A DNA stretch of 63,651 nt, the filler included, from Octopus bimaculoides (lineage: Eukaryota): NCBI RefSeq assembly GCF_001194135.2. It is 7 parts of 7 records of this genome, joined end to end, with 100 filler letters (N's around TTAATTAATTAA, not from the genome) between each part and the next. Parts side by side here need not be neighbours in the genome. Positions count along the whole stretch, not along the records: positions 1 to 22,515 come from NC_068982.1; 6 more parts are not named here. One strand, given 5' to 3'. Of the stretch, positions 1 through 12,385 are shown in pieces. The notes below the pieces were generated by a model. The model worked only from the letters and a program-made list of their open reading frames with translations, had not been told where the DNA came from and ran no database searches. A program made the translations under genes and the position numbers. Numbering within the stretch: position 1 is the stretch's first letter; each line of letters begins with the position of its first letter.

Positions 1-71
<71 letters not shown>

Positions 72-587
72 AATGTATGCACATCACATATATGCATACA
101 CACATGTATGTATACATACATAGTACTCATATAAAAATATGTTGTGTGTGCATGTTTGTGTGCGTGTGTGTGTGTGAGAGTGTGTATGTGTGACTGCATG
201 TGTGTATGTGTTATACACACACATACACACACACACCCATATATATATACACACATATATATGCCCATATATGTACATGTTATTTTAAAATGTCTTAACG
301 CTGTGCCTATATATTTTCCCTGCTGGTAGTACGTTGGAACCACTTATTGGTTTCTAAGAAATTTAGTTAGAAGAGATAACTTTGATATTGTTCAGTTTGT
401 TGATTCGTGAACGGCAAATATGTTTTATATGTAACTCGAGTTTTGATTCTTTGCCTTAGAAACTGTTCAGTTGCTTTAGATTTCTCCCCACCTCTCTCTC
501 TTCCTTTTCGTCTTTGCCTCTCTCCCCGTCTCTTTCCCTCCCCTCTCTCCCTCCATTCCCCTCTCTCTCTATATATATATGTATATA

Positions 588-630
<43 letters not shown>

Positions 631-746
631 AAACACATGGCCTGGACCAATCTTTGCTCGAAACATATCTAAGTTTTATCTAAGTTTTATATATATATCG
701 ATATACATATGTATATATATGTAATATATATATATATCGATATACA

Positions 747-827
<81 letters not shown>

Positions 828-1259
828 GCATACATACATACATACATATATACATACATACATACATACATACATACATGCATGCATACATGGTGGCTCT
901 CAACTCGTTGACGAGTATGACCATCACTGATAGATTTATCGTATCCAAGATGTTAAAGACAATGTTTGTCAGCAATGCTCGTACTGAAATTTAAAGTCAA
1001 TAACAGTTTGCACAACACCGCTAAGAGTCTCACCTACAAAGCCAAGTTGTCGAGAAACAAACAAGTGCAAGATCTCGGACTTCGCAATGAGGCAGATGTC
1101 ATTTGGGAATTTCCTTTTCCAAGAAAGATATCTAAACAAAAATCAGGAAGCGGGGGGGGGGGGCCTTCACTCCAGATAGATGGGATCTTGTTTTACAGGC
1201 TTTTGTCGGACAGGGTTTTGTTTTACGTCTAGTAGTGTTTAGGGAGCTGTGCAAAGAAG

Positions 1260-1760
1260 TAGTACTTTTGTACCTGGCAGGGATGGTCAGATAGGCAAGC
1301 ATCACCGATCCTTATTCAACCCCTAATTTCTCACTTGATGGTTCCTAGCGTCACATCGCGGAACTACACTTCAACGGGTGGGCTAAACCAAATGCGAGGA
1401 TGGTGTAAATACGTCTCCGGGTAAGCCTTCCCAAAGAGCCACCGGCTAGGACGGAGGAACCTGTCCAGGTCCACGGCCAAGTGTTTGGGGCTAAGAAGTG
1501 TCTCAGAGATACACATACAGTTGTGGCTAACAACCTGGAGAGGAATGGGCGCCAGCAAGCTAACTTTTCCATCATACATTCGTGATGATGACGATCAGAC
1601 CAGAGTCCATACCGGATCGGTCGTAGCTCGAGTTAACATCAAAGAATGGACAGGCCTCAGTTTTACCGACTCACAGAGGGCAACAGAAGATCGAGAGAAG
1701 TAGCGAAACCTGGATGCAACGTCATCAACAAATGCCCCAACAACCACAAGGTCAAGAAAT
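1260..1760 (+). mobile_element. Internally deleted RTE-type LINE
   Basis: The 3' part encodes NIKEWTGLSFTDSQRATEDREK, typical of an RTE C-terminus; the upstream GC-richer part resembles an RTE 5' region. Confidence 0.6.
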
Positions 1761-1897
1761 AAGAAGGAAAACCACCCTCCTTACCAAGTAGGCTTCGACT
1801 ATGGAATAGGTTGTAGTAAGTTACATGTTGCCAGTAGCACTACAAGTGATCTGACATTACATACATACGTTCATACATGCATGCATGCATGCATACA

Positions 1898-1929
<32 letters not shown>

Positions 1930-1954
1930 CACATACATACATACATATATACAT

Positions 1955-2560
1955 ATACTGTTTAAATACCAATCTTGAGAAATTAGGCTTCTTAAAACCA
2001 GAAAGGAGAAAGCAAATTCGAAGACTACAGAACCAAGCCATCACTGGAGCTGTAAAAATCTGTTAAACTTTCCAGAAGTTTATCATTTAAATATATATGA
2101 GCATGTCTAGATATGCAATATATGCATGAGAAAACATACATAAAACAAAACAGACAAATCTGCACATATACATGCATACAGAAATAACCCCTTGATGTTG
2201 TTGAAATTCCAGTGAAAGAACTTGGATCTAGGTTAGAAACCGAATCTTTCTCTATTGGCAAGAATCTTGAAATAAAAATGAATAATGACATACATACATA
2301 CACATGTGAATATCTCTTTGAAAATAAAAGAGAAACATGATTTTGGAGAACTGCTTTGAAGCCTCCAGCTTTTGTATCCAGATTATAAATTCACATTTAT
2401 ACGAGTAATAATTGGTGCATTTGGTTTTGTGAGTAAATACCTAAATGACAATCTGGATAAGCTGAGGTTTTCAGAAAAAGAAATTAACCAGCAAATTACA
2501 AATACAATCAAGTTTAAAATGTGACATTGCTTTTGTTAATTACATCCCAAGGATGGAGCT
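1955..2560 (+). mobile_element. Fragments of an RLE-type (restriction-like endonuclease) non-LTR retrotransposon
   Basis: LLYPDYKFTFIRVIIGAFGFVSKYLNDNLDKL and NLEKLGF...RRLQNQAITGAVKIC resemble the IPVIIGALG...LQKAA..GT.KI C-terminal RLE region. Confidence 0.6.
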
Positions 2561-2904
2561 TTTTATATCTTTAGTATCTTTATTAGAAACCAGCTCCTTC
2601 CTCAGAGGAGGAATATAAATAATTAAACCAGAAGAGAACATACATACATACATACATACATACATACATGCATACATCATACATACATACATACATGCAT
2701 ACATACATACATGCATACATCATACATACATACATACATGCATGCATACATACATATATACATACATACATAATGCATACATGCATACATCATACATACA
2801 TACATACATACATGCATACATCATACATACATGCATACATACATACATACATACGTACATACATACGTACATACATACATACATGCATACAACATACATA
2901 CATG

Positions 2905-2936
<32 letters not shown>

Positions 2937-3516
2937 CATACATACANNNNNNNNNNNNNNNNNNNNNNNNNNNNNNNNNNNNNNNNNNNNNNNNNNNNNN
3001 NNNNNNNNNNNNNNNNNNNNNNNNNNNNNNNNNNNNNNNNNNNNNNNNNNNNNNNNNNNNNNNNNNNNNNNNNNNNNNNNNNNNNNNNNNNNNNNNNNNN
3101 NNNNNNNNNNNNNNNNNNNNNNNNNNNNNNNNNNNNNNNNNNNNNNNNNNNNNNNNNNNNNNNNNNNNNNNNNNNNNNNNNNNNNNNNNNNNNNNNNNNN
3201 NNNNNNNNNNNNNNNNNNNNNNNNNNNNNNNNNNNNNNNNNNNNNNNNNNNNNNNNNNNNNNNNNNNNNNNNNNNNNNNNNNNNNNNNNNNNNNNNNNNN
3301 NNNNNNNNNNNNNNNNNNNNNNNNNNNNNNNNNNNNNNNNNNNNNNNNNNNNNNNNNNNNNNNNNNNNNNNNNNNNNNNNNNNNNNNNNNNNNNNNNNNN
3401 NNNNNNNNNNNNNNNNNNNNNNNNNNNNNNNNNNNNNNNNNNNNNNNNNNNNNNNNNNNNNNNNNNNNNNNNNNNNNNNNNNNNNNNNNNNNNNNNNNNN
3501 NNNNNNNNNNNNNNNN

Positions 3517-3592
<76 letters not shown>

Positions 3593-3795
3593 AGCTACAT
3601 ACAAATCTAATCAGTTTTTCTTTATACTTCATAGTTTTCAGTCGAACTCATTATAAAATATATTTAATATAAACTGTATTTTCATTCATGGATATTAGAC
3701 TAAAACACACCCCTACACACACATACATACACACACACATACATAAGTGTATATATCCGTCCATGCACATACATTCATGTGTGTATGTATGTATG

Positions 3796-3830
<35 letters not shown>

Positions 3831-5080
3831 ATGTGTGTATATATATATATATATATATAGTATACATACATAGACATTCATTCATAAACATACACACACG
3901 CACACACACATATACATATGTGTGTGTGTGTGTATGTATGTATGTATAAATAGATAGATAGATAGGCGTATGCACATTCTTGTACCTCATCCCAAAGAAC
4001 GGAAAATAATATTCCAACAACTGACTCGAGAGAAAATTCTAGCTATCGAATTACATCGACAAAATAGAGCCCAGTCGATTTCAGATGCAAATGAATAGAC
4101 GTCTTTGTCTAAACTAACCGGAAATTTACATCTGCCATCTCGCGGCACTGAACGCCAACACTGATTCCGTTATTTTCTAAAACTTTCTTCGTTGTTCATG
4201 GCCTCTGATGGACGCTTATTCCGCGTGACACTTGACGTTATGGGAAACAAAACAAAAAAATATGTCTGTTTTGTATGCAATATTTAAAAATCTCACCACG
4301 TTAAGTCGATAGTTTTCTGCTATATCGACTGAAAGATCTGGCTTTTAGTTTCTGTGGTCTTTTTAGTCCCATTGCTTCCAGCAAAGGTATTTATTTAGAT
4401 TTCAAAGATGCAGTTCACCTAGCAGTATGTAAACAGTTTACAGGAAGTATATTTTACAGTTCCAAGTTGTAGACACACTTTATAATCTAGGAATGCCACC
4501 AGATATATACCTTCCTGAGTGACCGAAAAATGAGGCACAAAAATAAGAAAACACACCGGTATATCTTTTTTGAAAACAACGTCTTCAGTGGTGTTTTCTG
4601 TAAATATTGCAGTTCCCAGTATGTCTATGTATATGTGAATCAATGCATGTTTATAAACTTTTAATTTATTCCGTCACCGAATAATAAGGACATTTAGTTG
4701 CTAAAAAATTTACGTCTTGGAGTATAAGTTCGTACTCTGTCATAAGTGTTACCTCGTTTCTGTAACCACAACTTTTAACATTATTTATCTCGTTCTGAAG
4801 TGAAGGCTAATACGATCTAGAAGTAAGATTTATAATGTGCCCTGGTAAATTAACTGTTGAGCGACACTAAATTGTGATACCCGATTGTTGATGATGGAAC
4901 ATTTCTGGCATAATTCCATGTAACATTTTTTCAGAACGAAACGGAATCCTTAGATATCTAATTATAACGCTTTAAAATTAACAAACAAAATAAACTAAAA
5001 TAAAAGCAAAAAAAAAAAAAACCCAAAAAACGAAAACAAAACACTCAAGCAGCAATCTATATAGTATTACAGTTGATAAT

Positions 5081-5083
5081 ATG
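5081..5083 (+). CDS. Possible ATG-only upstream coding micro-exon of the ODF3-like gene
   Basis: ATG|GTAAGT consensus donor; splicing to the 5278 acceptor gives in-frame M-T-W-K-M-T-F-K... No transcript evidence. Confidence 0.45.
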
Positions 5084-5286
5084 GTAAGTGTACTTCAGAA
5101 AATTGTTTGCATACTAATCAGTTAATAACTCAACTCAGACTATAATTATTACATTATTACACGTCTCTCTAAAATATCTTATGACTTGATCAACTTATCT
5201 ATTTTTATTAAGTGTAGACTGTTTTGATTTCATTGTCTGTATTTTGAGTCTAACATTTTGATTTCTTATTTCATTAGACCTGGAAA

Positions 5287-5689
5287 ATGACTTTTAAGCC
5301 AACAAAGCCACGTGGTCCCATAGCAGCAATGTACAGCAGTCCTGGGCCCTGCTACCAGCTACCTAACTTGATCGGTCATGAAGGACACGACAGTCGGAGT
5401 ACGCACCAAAAGGCACCTAGCTACGTATTTGGCCTGAAGCACGAATCCCGGAAGAGCGGTTGTAGTCCAGGACCTAAGTACAATTTCTCTCACTTACAAG
5501 TTTTTCGGGACGGCAAAGATGGCACACCTCAGTACTCTCTCTATGGTCGGCCTAAACAGCGTCCTACGACTCTTACACCGGGCCCCGGTTCCTACTCTAT
5601 TACTCCATCTGCGAAATCAGTATTTGAATCAGCTCCCACTTATAGTTTTGGACAGCGCCACCAAAATCGTCGTACAGACACTACTCCAG
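5287..5689 (+). CDS. ODF3: ODF3/CIMAP1-like (SHIPPO-repeat) protein, coding exon 1
   Basis: MTFKPTKPRGPIAAMYSSPGPCYQLP... matches the ODF3 N-terminal signature (PRGPIAA-YSSPGP-Y-LP) and contains PGP repeats; acceptor AG at 5276-5277; donor CCAG|GTAACC after 5689 (phase 1). Confidence 0.93.
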
Positions 5690-6139
5690 GTAACCGAAGT
5701 GTCTTAAATTGTCAGAACAGATTCAAAAACACCTGACGTCTTCTTGAGGTATATTTAACTCAATGAAAAGTACAAGGGAAAAAATATACACAATATGATG
5801 CTGATATATATTTTGATAGGTATATATTTCTTAGCGCATTTGTGCATACTTGCATTTTAATAGCTTTTAAATGAAGATGGTTGTTAGTTGGAAGCAATAG
5901 GTTATAGACATGTTTAAATTTATCTACAATAATGCTACAAACATAATTTACGTAATGCTACGAAATCTTGTAGCATTTGGACATACAGATACTTTTATAG
6001 ATATTAATATCAATATCAATATCGATATATATATATATTCACGCACTGCACATGTATATCAAAATGTATGTATATATATGAAAATGTGCCATACAAATTC
6101 CATTTGCAGTTGAGCTTTTTCTATCCATCCATCCATCCA

Positions 6140-6400
6140 TCCATCTTCCTCGTCCACTATTCCTGGGAGGGTTGTTGGGGGCACAGTTCTCAGGCACCTC
6201 ATTCATCCTTCATAAAGTTGTATCAAAAGCAAGCGCCTTTTCCCTTTCCGACTGGATTCCCAAGCACAACGAGTTGAGACTATGGATAATCTCAACCATC
6301 TTGTTCTTGGTCCACCCTTACGTCTCTTCCGGTCTGCTCAGCTTGAAGAATCCGTCTTGCGATTCTTTTCTTGAGATATTTATCTTTCTATAATCCTCAT
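6140..6400 (-). mobile_element. RTE LINE 3' fragment with (GGAT)n tail
   Basis: Minus-strand frames give RKRRKGGPRTRWL and ..CLRTVPPTTLPG, the RTE C-terminus, ending at a (TCCA)n microsatellite. Confidence 0.6.
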
Positions 6401-7723
6401 ACTCACGATTTTCAAACATAATTAATATCCTGGAAAGGGTCACTTTAGTCAGACTGACATGCATTCTGCACAACACAAAAATGAGTATTCGGTGGTCGGA
6501 AATAGTCGTATTTTCCTTCATAGCTCTATAGTGAAGTCTCGTTAAAGTGACATGCACTATCATCCTTAGAATGGTTAATAAAATAAGGTATGAACGTATT
6601 CGTGATAAAAAAAGGTATCCTGTATTGGATATGGGTAAGTTTAGGCGCAATAATTCTCTATACCTTTTTTATTAGTCCTTTATTTTAGTTGTTTAGTTTT
6701 AGAAAGAAACGCTTGAATACAGAATAAGAATTTGCTAGTCTCAGTTTGTCATAGTTTGTCGAAATATGTTACACATTTTGTTGTTTGTATGCACATTTAC
6801 TTTTTATCATTGGGTCCAATGGCCGTGTGAATAAGATATTGGAATATCAGCTCATGTATAGTATTCACAGTTGCGCTTCATATTTCTCAGACTGGCATCT
6901 TATCTATATAGAGACTCTACTTTCTTAATGTCATTTTACCTGGATATAAAATATTGCTTATAAACTTGTAAAAAGATTCATCTTTATCATTTTATATTTC
7001 AGTATGTTGTAGGCTAGAAGGATATCAGTTATATAGTAGGTTCCGAAGCTCATTGTAACTGATAAATTTAAGGAAAGTTAGTTGACACAAGGAACGTGAT
7101 AGAAAATGCAGCAGAAGAATCATACTCTCAGAAATAATCCAATTCGAATTAGATGTTTGACGAGAGTATGGTGTATGTTGTTTCTACTTTACTCAAGAAC
7201 TGAAGAATAATTTTTCTGTACAAATAAAACTTGTTAAATTTATCAGGGAGCAGGAATGTTAAAATATTACGTTCTTATTTTTTGTCTTAAATATTTTTTG
7301 CAAGAGTATTAACGACGAAATAGCTTTGAATACGAATCGAAAGCGAGCGACGAACTCGGTTTAGTGGATGCGTTGATCTGCTCTATTACGCACTGGAAAT
7401 GAGTATGTAGTGTTGGAAGTAATAAAGAACATTAATTAGACCAATCAAATCGATCAGAACGTTGTGTCACACAATTGTGAAATCCTCCAATAAAGTTATA
7501 TTAAACGTTAAGAACATTTAGTGTTTCAACAGAAACATACTCGTTCTATTGAAGTGTAAACGTTGATTTGCTGTGATGAACGGAATACATATTGCTATCA
7601 GTGGGGAGGCGAACGATATTATTAAGTCCAGCACAATGCACACGATATAAAACTGAGTCTAAAAAAAAAAAAATTGCTTAAAGGGGCTCATGTTCAATGC
7701 TATAAATACAGAATGATAATATA

Positions 7724-8138
7724 TTCTTTTATTCTTTTACTTGTTTCAGTCCTTTGACTGCGGCCATGCTGGAGCACCGCCTTAAAGAATTTTAGTCGAA
7801 GAAATCGAACCCAGAACTTATTCTTTGTAAGCCTAGTACTTATTCTATCGGCCTATTTGCCGAACCGCTAAGTTACGGGGACATAAACACACCAGCATCG
7901 GTTGTCAAACGATGGCGAGGTGGGGGACAAACACAGACACACCCACACATAAATATATATATATATATACATATACGAGGGGCTTCTTTCGGTTTCCGCC
8001 TACCAAATCCATTCACAAGGCTTTGGTCAGCTCGAGGCTATAGTAGAAGAGACTTGCCCAAGGTGTTACGCAGTGAAATTGAACCCGGAGCCATGTGATT
8101 AGGAAGCAAGCTTCTTACCACGCAGCCACGCCTGCGCC
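7724..8138 (-). mobile_element. tRNA-derived SINE family A (about 400 bp, central microsatellite)
   Basis: Head GGCGCAGGCGTGGCTGCGTGGTAAGAAGCTTGC..GGGTTCAATTTC (A/B-box-like); tail (TAAAAGA)n; many copies in the window. Confidence 0.85.
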
Positions 8139-8260
8139 ATGTAAAGATATTGTTTTCGAAGAAAAAAGTTTACTTGACACGTTGTTCTTATCTTCTTATA
8201 TGAAAACAACTCTCTTTCAATATTTAGCGAATACATTTTTTCTTTAATTAATTTCTCCAG

Positions 8261-8385
8261 CCCCTAACAGTTATTCTCTACCAGCATTACTCGGGAAGAC
8301 CATTCAAGGTGGAAAGTTACAGGCACCAGCTTATACGTTACTGGGACGAAAGTCTCTTGGAAGTTTCCATGAAGACTTAGCTAAG
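8261..8385 (+). CDS. ODF3: ODF3/CIMAP1-like coding exon 2
   Basis: Acceptor tttctccag|; continues phase 1 as (A)PNSYSLPALLGKTIQGGKLQAPAYTLLGRKSLGSFHEDLAK; donor AAG|GTAAG; resembles the ODF3 P-Y-LP-LLG...GSF-EDL-K segment. Confidence 0.92.
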
Positions 8386-8504
8386 GTAAGATTGAAATCT
8401 ATCTCTTTGTATTGTGTAACGTTTCTGTATTTACTCCACTCTTCATTCACGAATGTAATCAAATGACATGTACAAAGGTATCTCATTAAAGAAAGGTAAA
8501 CGGT

Positions 8505-8815
8505 AAAGACACCTTTGGGTCATGAATGACCATGAGATTGCACCTAGAATGTCTCCCCCCCCACCGAGGCACAAGTCCGAGCAAGATTATTTATGGAAGA
8601 TCAGCAGTCACCCATGCATATCAGCCTCCCTTCTCCACGCCATTGATGTTACATAAGGGAAAAGGAAAGGCTGATAGAGCTTGGTATCAGTGACGCTGCA
8701 ACTTATTTCTACAATTGAGCAAACTGGGGCAATATGAAATAGTGTCTTGCTCAAGAACACAACACAGCTCGGTCCGAGAATTGAACTCATTACCTCGTGA
8801 TTGTAAGCCCGCAAA
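8505..8815 (-). mobile_element. tRNA-derived SINE family C
   Basis: Reverse complement has a tRNA-like head ending GAGTTCAATTCTCGG followed by TTCTTGAGCAAGACAC; shared with 11428-11752 and 22616-22862. Confidence 0.65.
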
Positions 8816-9289
8816 ATAAGCCTTTAGTTTAAGATTTGTTCCGTAACTGTTTTACACCATGACGACGATAATGATGTGAAGAAAAAAGCATAAAATCGAT
8901 AAAATTATGAATGAAATTTGATTGTATCTATAGCAGAATGTACAAACCAGAATAAGAATCCATACAGTATTCGATAAAGCGTAGAGCTTTGCCCATTACC
9001 TTCACTGGTTTCTAAGACGCGTGAGATTGATGTTAGTCGACGCATCGTTAGGCATCGTTGTGCTTGCTAGTTAGCTGGACGACTTTCTTCTGGATTCAGT
9101 CAAAGACATTTGTATGTATGTAGAAGAAGCGTAGTGCCTGATGTAGGACCATTACTCTTATAATGAAGTAGTGATCTTACAATTGTAGAAAGCCAGCAGT
9201 TGTTCGGCACCGAAGTATTTACTGGCTTTGAAGCGAGAATCTAATCTTTAAGATAAATCGTTTGCTATGTTATGAGTGAGAAGTCACCG

Positions 9290-9615
9290 GGTGATTGTGA
9301 AACGTACTGGTGCCACGTAGAATGTACCAGTGCCGGTGCCATTTAAAAAGCATCCGTGCCGGTACTATGTGTAAAGCACACATGCTTGTACCACGTATAA
9401 AGCATGCGTGCCTTTGCTACGTAAAATGCATGCAATAATCTCTGTAAAGTGGTTGGCGTTAGATTACAAAGGGCATCCGACCGTAGAAACAGCACCAAAA
9501 CAGACAATTGGAGCCTGGTGAATCTCTCTGGCTGGCCAGCTCCAGTCAAACCTTCCAGCCCATACCAGCACGGAAAACAGACGTTAAATGATGATGATGG
9601 TGATGATGATGATGA
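9290..9615 (+). mobile_element. RTE 3'-UTR-derived repeat (family D) with (GAT)n tail
   Basis: TGTAAAGTGGTTGGCGTTAG..CCCATACCAGCACGGAAAACAGACGTTAAATGATGATG; homologous to the 3' UTR of the RTE at 30110-31310. Confidence 0.75.
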
Positions 9616-9874
9616 TGCAGTTGTTGCAATTTTGAAAGTTTCAAATTTTTATTGTTGAATATTGTTTCCTTGACAAATGCATTGGTTGTGTCTTTGAGTT
9701 GTCCAAAGAGACTAAAGGGGAATATGTTTACAGAAGCAGTGCACATTTGAAATGACGTACTGCAGTGTAGCGATGGTGCGTGGATGACATTTGTATACAG
9801 AAGATTAGAAAAGAGTGGTATTATCAAATTAAGAGTTAGCAATATTGATTTCAAATTTTGGGGAAGATGTAAAT

Positions 9875-10021
9875 CAATTGCGATGACTCCAATGCTCAAC
9901 TGGTATTTACTTTATCGGCCCTGAAAGAATGAAAGGCAAAGTCGACCTTGGCAGAATTTGAACCCAGAGCGTGAAGACGGATGAAATACTACTAAGCATT
10001 TCACCCAACGTACTAACGCCT
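9875..10021 (-). mobile_element. SINE family B (partial)
   Basis: Reverse complement matches the family B core GTCGACTTTGCCTTTCATTCTTTC. Confidence 0.75.
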
Positions 10022-10051
10022 TAAGGAGTTATGAATATTATGTTTGGAAAC

Positions 10052-10270
10052 AGGCGGCAGCTGGCATAATCGTTTGCACGCCAGGCAAAATGCTTAGCGG
10101 CATTTCGTCCGTCTTTACGTTCTGAATTCAAATTACACCGAAGTTGACTTTGACTTTCATCTTCTCGGGGTTGATAAAATAAGTACCAGTTGAGTACTGG
10201 GCTCTGTGTAATCGATTAGCCCCTCCCTACGAACTTGCTGGCCTTGTGTCAAAATCTGAAATCAGTATTA
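10052..10270 (+). mobile_element. SINE family B
   Basis: GGCGGCAGCTGGCATAATCGTT..GTTCTGAATTCAAATT..ACTTTCATCTTCTCGGGGTTGATAAAATAAGTACC. Confidence 0.8.
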
Positions 10271-10999
10271 TGTGTGACTGCGAGTAGGTCGTTAATATAC
10301 AAGACATAAACGTACTTTGGAGTACGTGGGTTATGTGGAGCCGCATTAGTGCTGGTTACTGTGGCTTTACAGAAGATTACTGTCTAAAAGACGAGAGATG
10401 GATGTAACCTATAAGCAGGCAGTTGAATCGGGAGATTTTCATGCTAGACAAGATCATATGCTTTACCGATATAAAGTGCAACGAAATTTTTCCACCAAAT
10501 GTTTCAAGGATGAGAAACCACTGTTGAGTGAAATAGGAGGATAATTTCCTTGTATATCTGCCCCTATAGAAGTAATACTGGTGGTCATTGAGGAGGGAAG
10601 AGATTCAAAGTGCTGAAGGTAACTTAATAGCTGCTTCCACTACTTTTGAAATATTGGCAGTGAAAGCGAGAAGTTGATAGTTGGCAGGGCCAGAATTTCT
10701 CCCTTCTTTGGAATTCGATACACCCTGACGGGTGTCCACTGATCAGGTTATATCATTGGTGAGAGAGAGGGAGAGAGAGAGAGAGACTAAAAGAGAGAGA
10801 GAGACTAAAAAAGAGAGAGAGAGAGATGGAAGATGGGTGAGGACAGGTGCTATCGCTGGGGTGTGCAGTTCTGACTGTAATGCAAGGGCCATGATCAGAA
10901 CATGTGGTCTTTCTGGTTTGAAGCAGATGAAGCTGTTTTCACTCTTGGCCTATATTTGGTGGTATGACTACTGGAATGGAGAAAAAAAGTGTTGGTAAG

Positions 11000-11393
11000 A
11001 AAATGCGTTAAGAAAATTCCTTCCAGACGCGTATCAGCATATCACGATTCACTGAGTTGATCGCTATTGTGTGATTTTTTTCTTGGGAGGTGGGATTTGT
11101 AAAAGATCACGTTTATGTTCCACCGCTACCCACTAACCTCGGTGACCTTAAACATCGAATAACAACAGTGATCAACTCAGTGGATCGTGATATGCTGATA
11201 CACGACTGGGAGGAATTCTCGTATAACATTAATTTGCCCGTGTCACAGGTGGTGGCCACATTGAACACTTGTAAGACAGGAAATAAAAGCTGATTGTGAG
11301 TAAATACTTGTGACTTAGCTGGAGTTTTCTATTTCTTTACCCTTATTAAAAATATTGCAAAATGAAATCGGTTCATTCTTTTTGAATAACCCT

Positions 11394-11394
<1 letters not shown>
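11000..11394 (+). mobile_element. Tc1/mariner transposase 3' fragment with right TIR
   Basis: CDFFL(W)GFVKDHVYVPPLPTNLGDLKHRIT...GGHIEHL*; terminal CGGTTCATTCTTTTTGAATAACCCTG. Confidence 0.8.
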
Positions 11395-11427
<33 letters not shown>

Positions 11428-11752
11428 CATGGCACTCCGTCGGTTACGACGACGAGGGTTCCAGTTGATCCGATCAACGGAACAGCCTGCTCGTGAAATT
11501 AACGTGCAAGTGGCTGAACACTCCACAGACACTTGTACCCTTAACGTTGTTCTCGGGGAGATTCAGCGTGTCACAGAGTGTGACAAAGCTGGCCCTTTGA
11601 AATACAGGCACAACATAAACAGGAAGAAAGACGAAGAGAAAGTTGTGGTGAAAGGATACAGTAGAGTTCGCCACCACTCCCTACAGGAGCCTCATGGAAC
11701 TTTAGGTGCTTTCGCTCAATAAACACAACGGCCGGTCTGGGAATCGAAACCA
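11428..11752 (-). mobile_element. SINE family C
   Basis: CATGGCACTCCGTCGGTTACGACGACGAGGG..GGCCCTTTGAAATACAGG shared with 22616-22862. Confidence 0.7.
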
Positions 11753-11969
11753 CGAAAGTGATACTGAAATAGTTGAAATGCTTCGAATAGTGTTGGGTGA
11801 TATACGGAGATTGCAAAGTAAGACGAAGATCATGGAAAGTAACACATAGCGTATCCTTCTTTAATTTAAACATTCTTCTTGAAAACTGGATGAAATTCTT
11901 TATTCTTAATCTAAACTACCTCCACCCTAATCCAGCTTTCCACCTTCACGCTCATTTGTCGTTCACATT

Positions 11970-12385
11970 CACAAATTTCAGTCATTGGACTACAGCCATG
12001 CCGGGGCTCCGCCTTGAAGAATTTCAGTCGAACAAATCGACTGTTGTACTAATATTTTTGTATAGCCTGGTACTTATTCTATCAATCTCTAACGCCAAAC
12101 CGCTAAGTTAAGGGGATGTAAACAAATCAATACTGATTGTTGAGCGCTAGTAGGAGAGAAACCCAAGCACAAAGACACACACACACACATGCTAGAATGT
12201 ATATGTATATCCACACACGATGCAACAGGCTTCTTTCAGTTTCCGTCAACCACACCCACTTACAAGGCTTTCGTCGGTCCGAGGCAATAGTAGAAAACAC
12301 TTGTCATAAGTACCACGGAATGGGACTGAACCAGGAACTACGTGGTTGGAAAGAAAGCTTCTTACCACACAGCCACTCCTGCGCC
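11970..12385 (-). mobile_element. SINE family A
   Basis: Same head, body and tail as 7724-8138. Confidence 0.8.

Noticed and set aside
890-1232. Possible transposase fragment (GGSQLVDEY; ORF 966-1232)
   Set aside because: No diagnostic motif beyond a weak resemblance; unassignable.
4740-4930. RFX X-box-like motifs upstream of the ciliary gene (GTTTCTGTAAC, TTCCATGTAAC)
   Set aside because: Poor fit to the palindromic consensus in AT-rich DNA.
5690-5736. ORF 5287-5736 read as a single-exon 149-aa gene
   Set aside because: Similarity to ODF3 ends at a GT donor after 5689 and resumes in phase in downstream exons; the tail is intron.
10692-10730. SPFFGIRYT as an alternative ODF3 terminal exon
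   Set aside because: It lies upstream of exon 3, has no convincing acceptor, and the true terminal exon is at 18908; likely chance.
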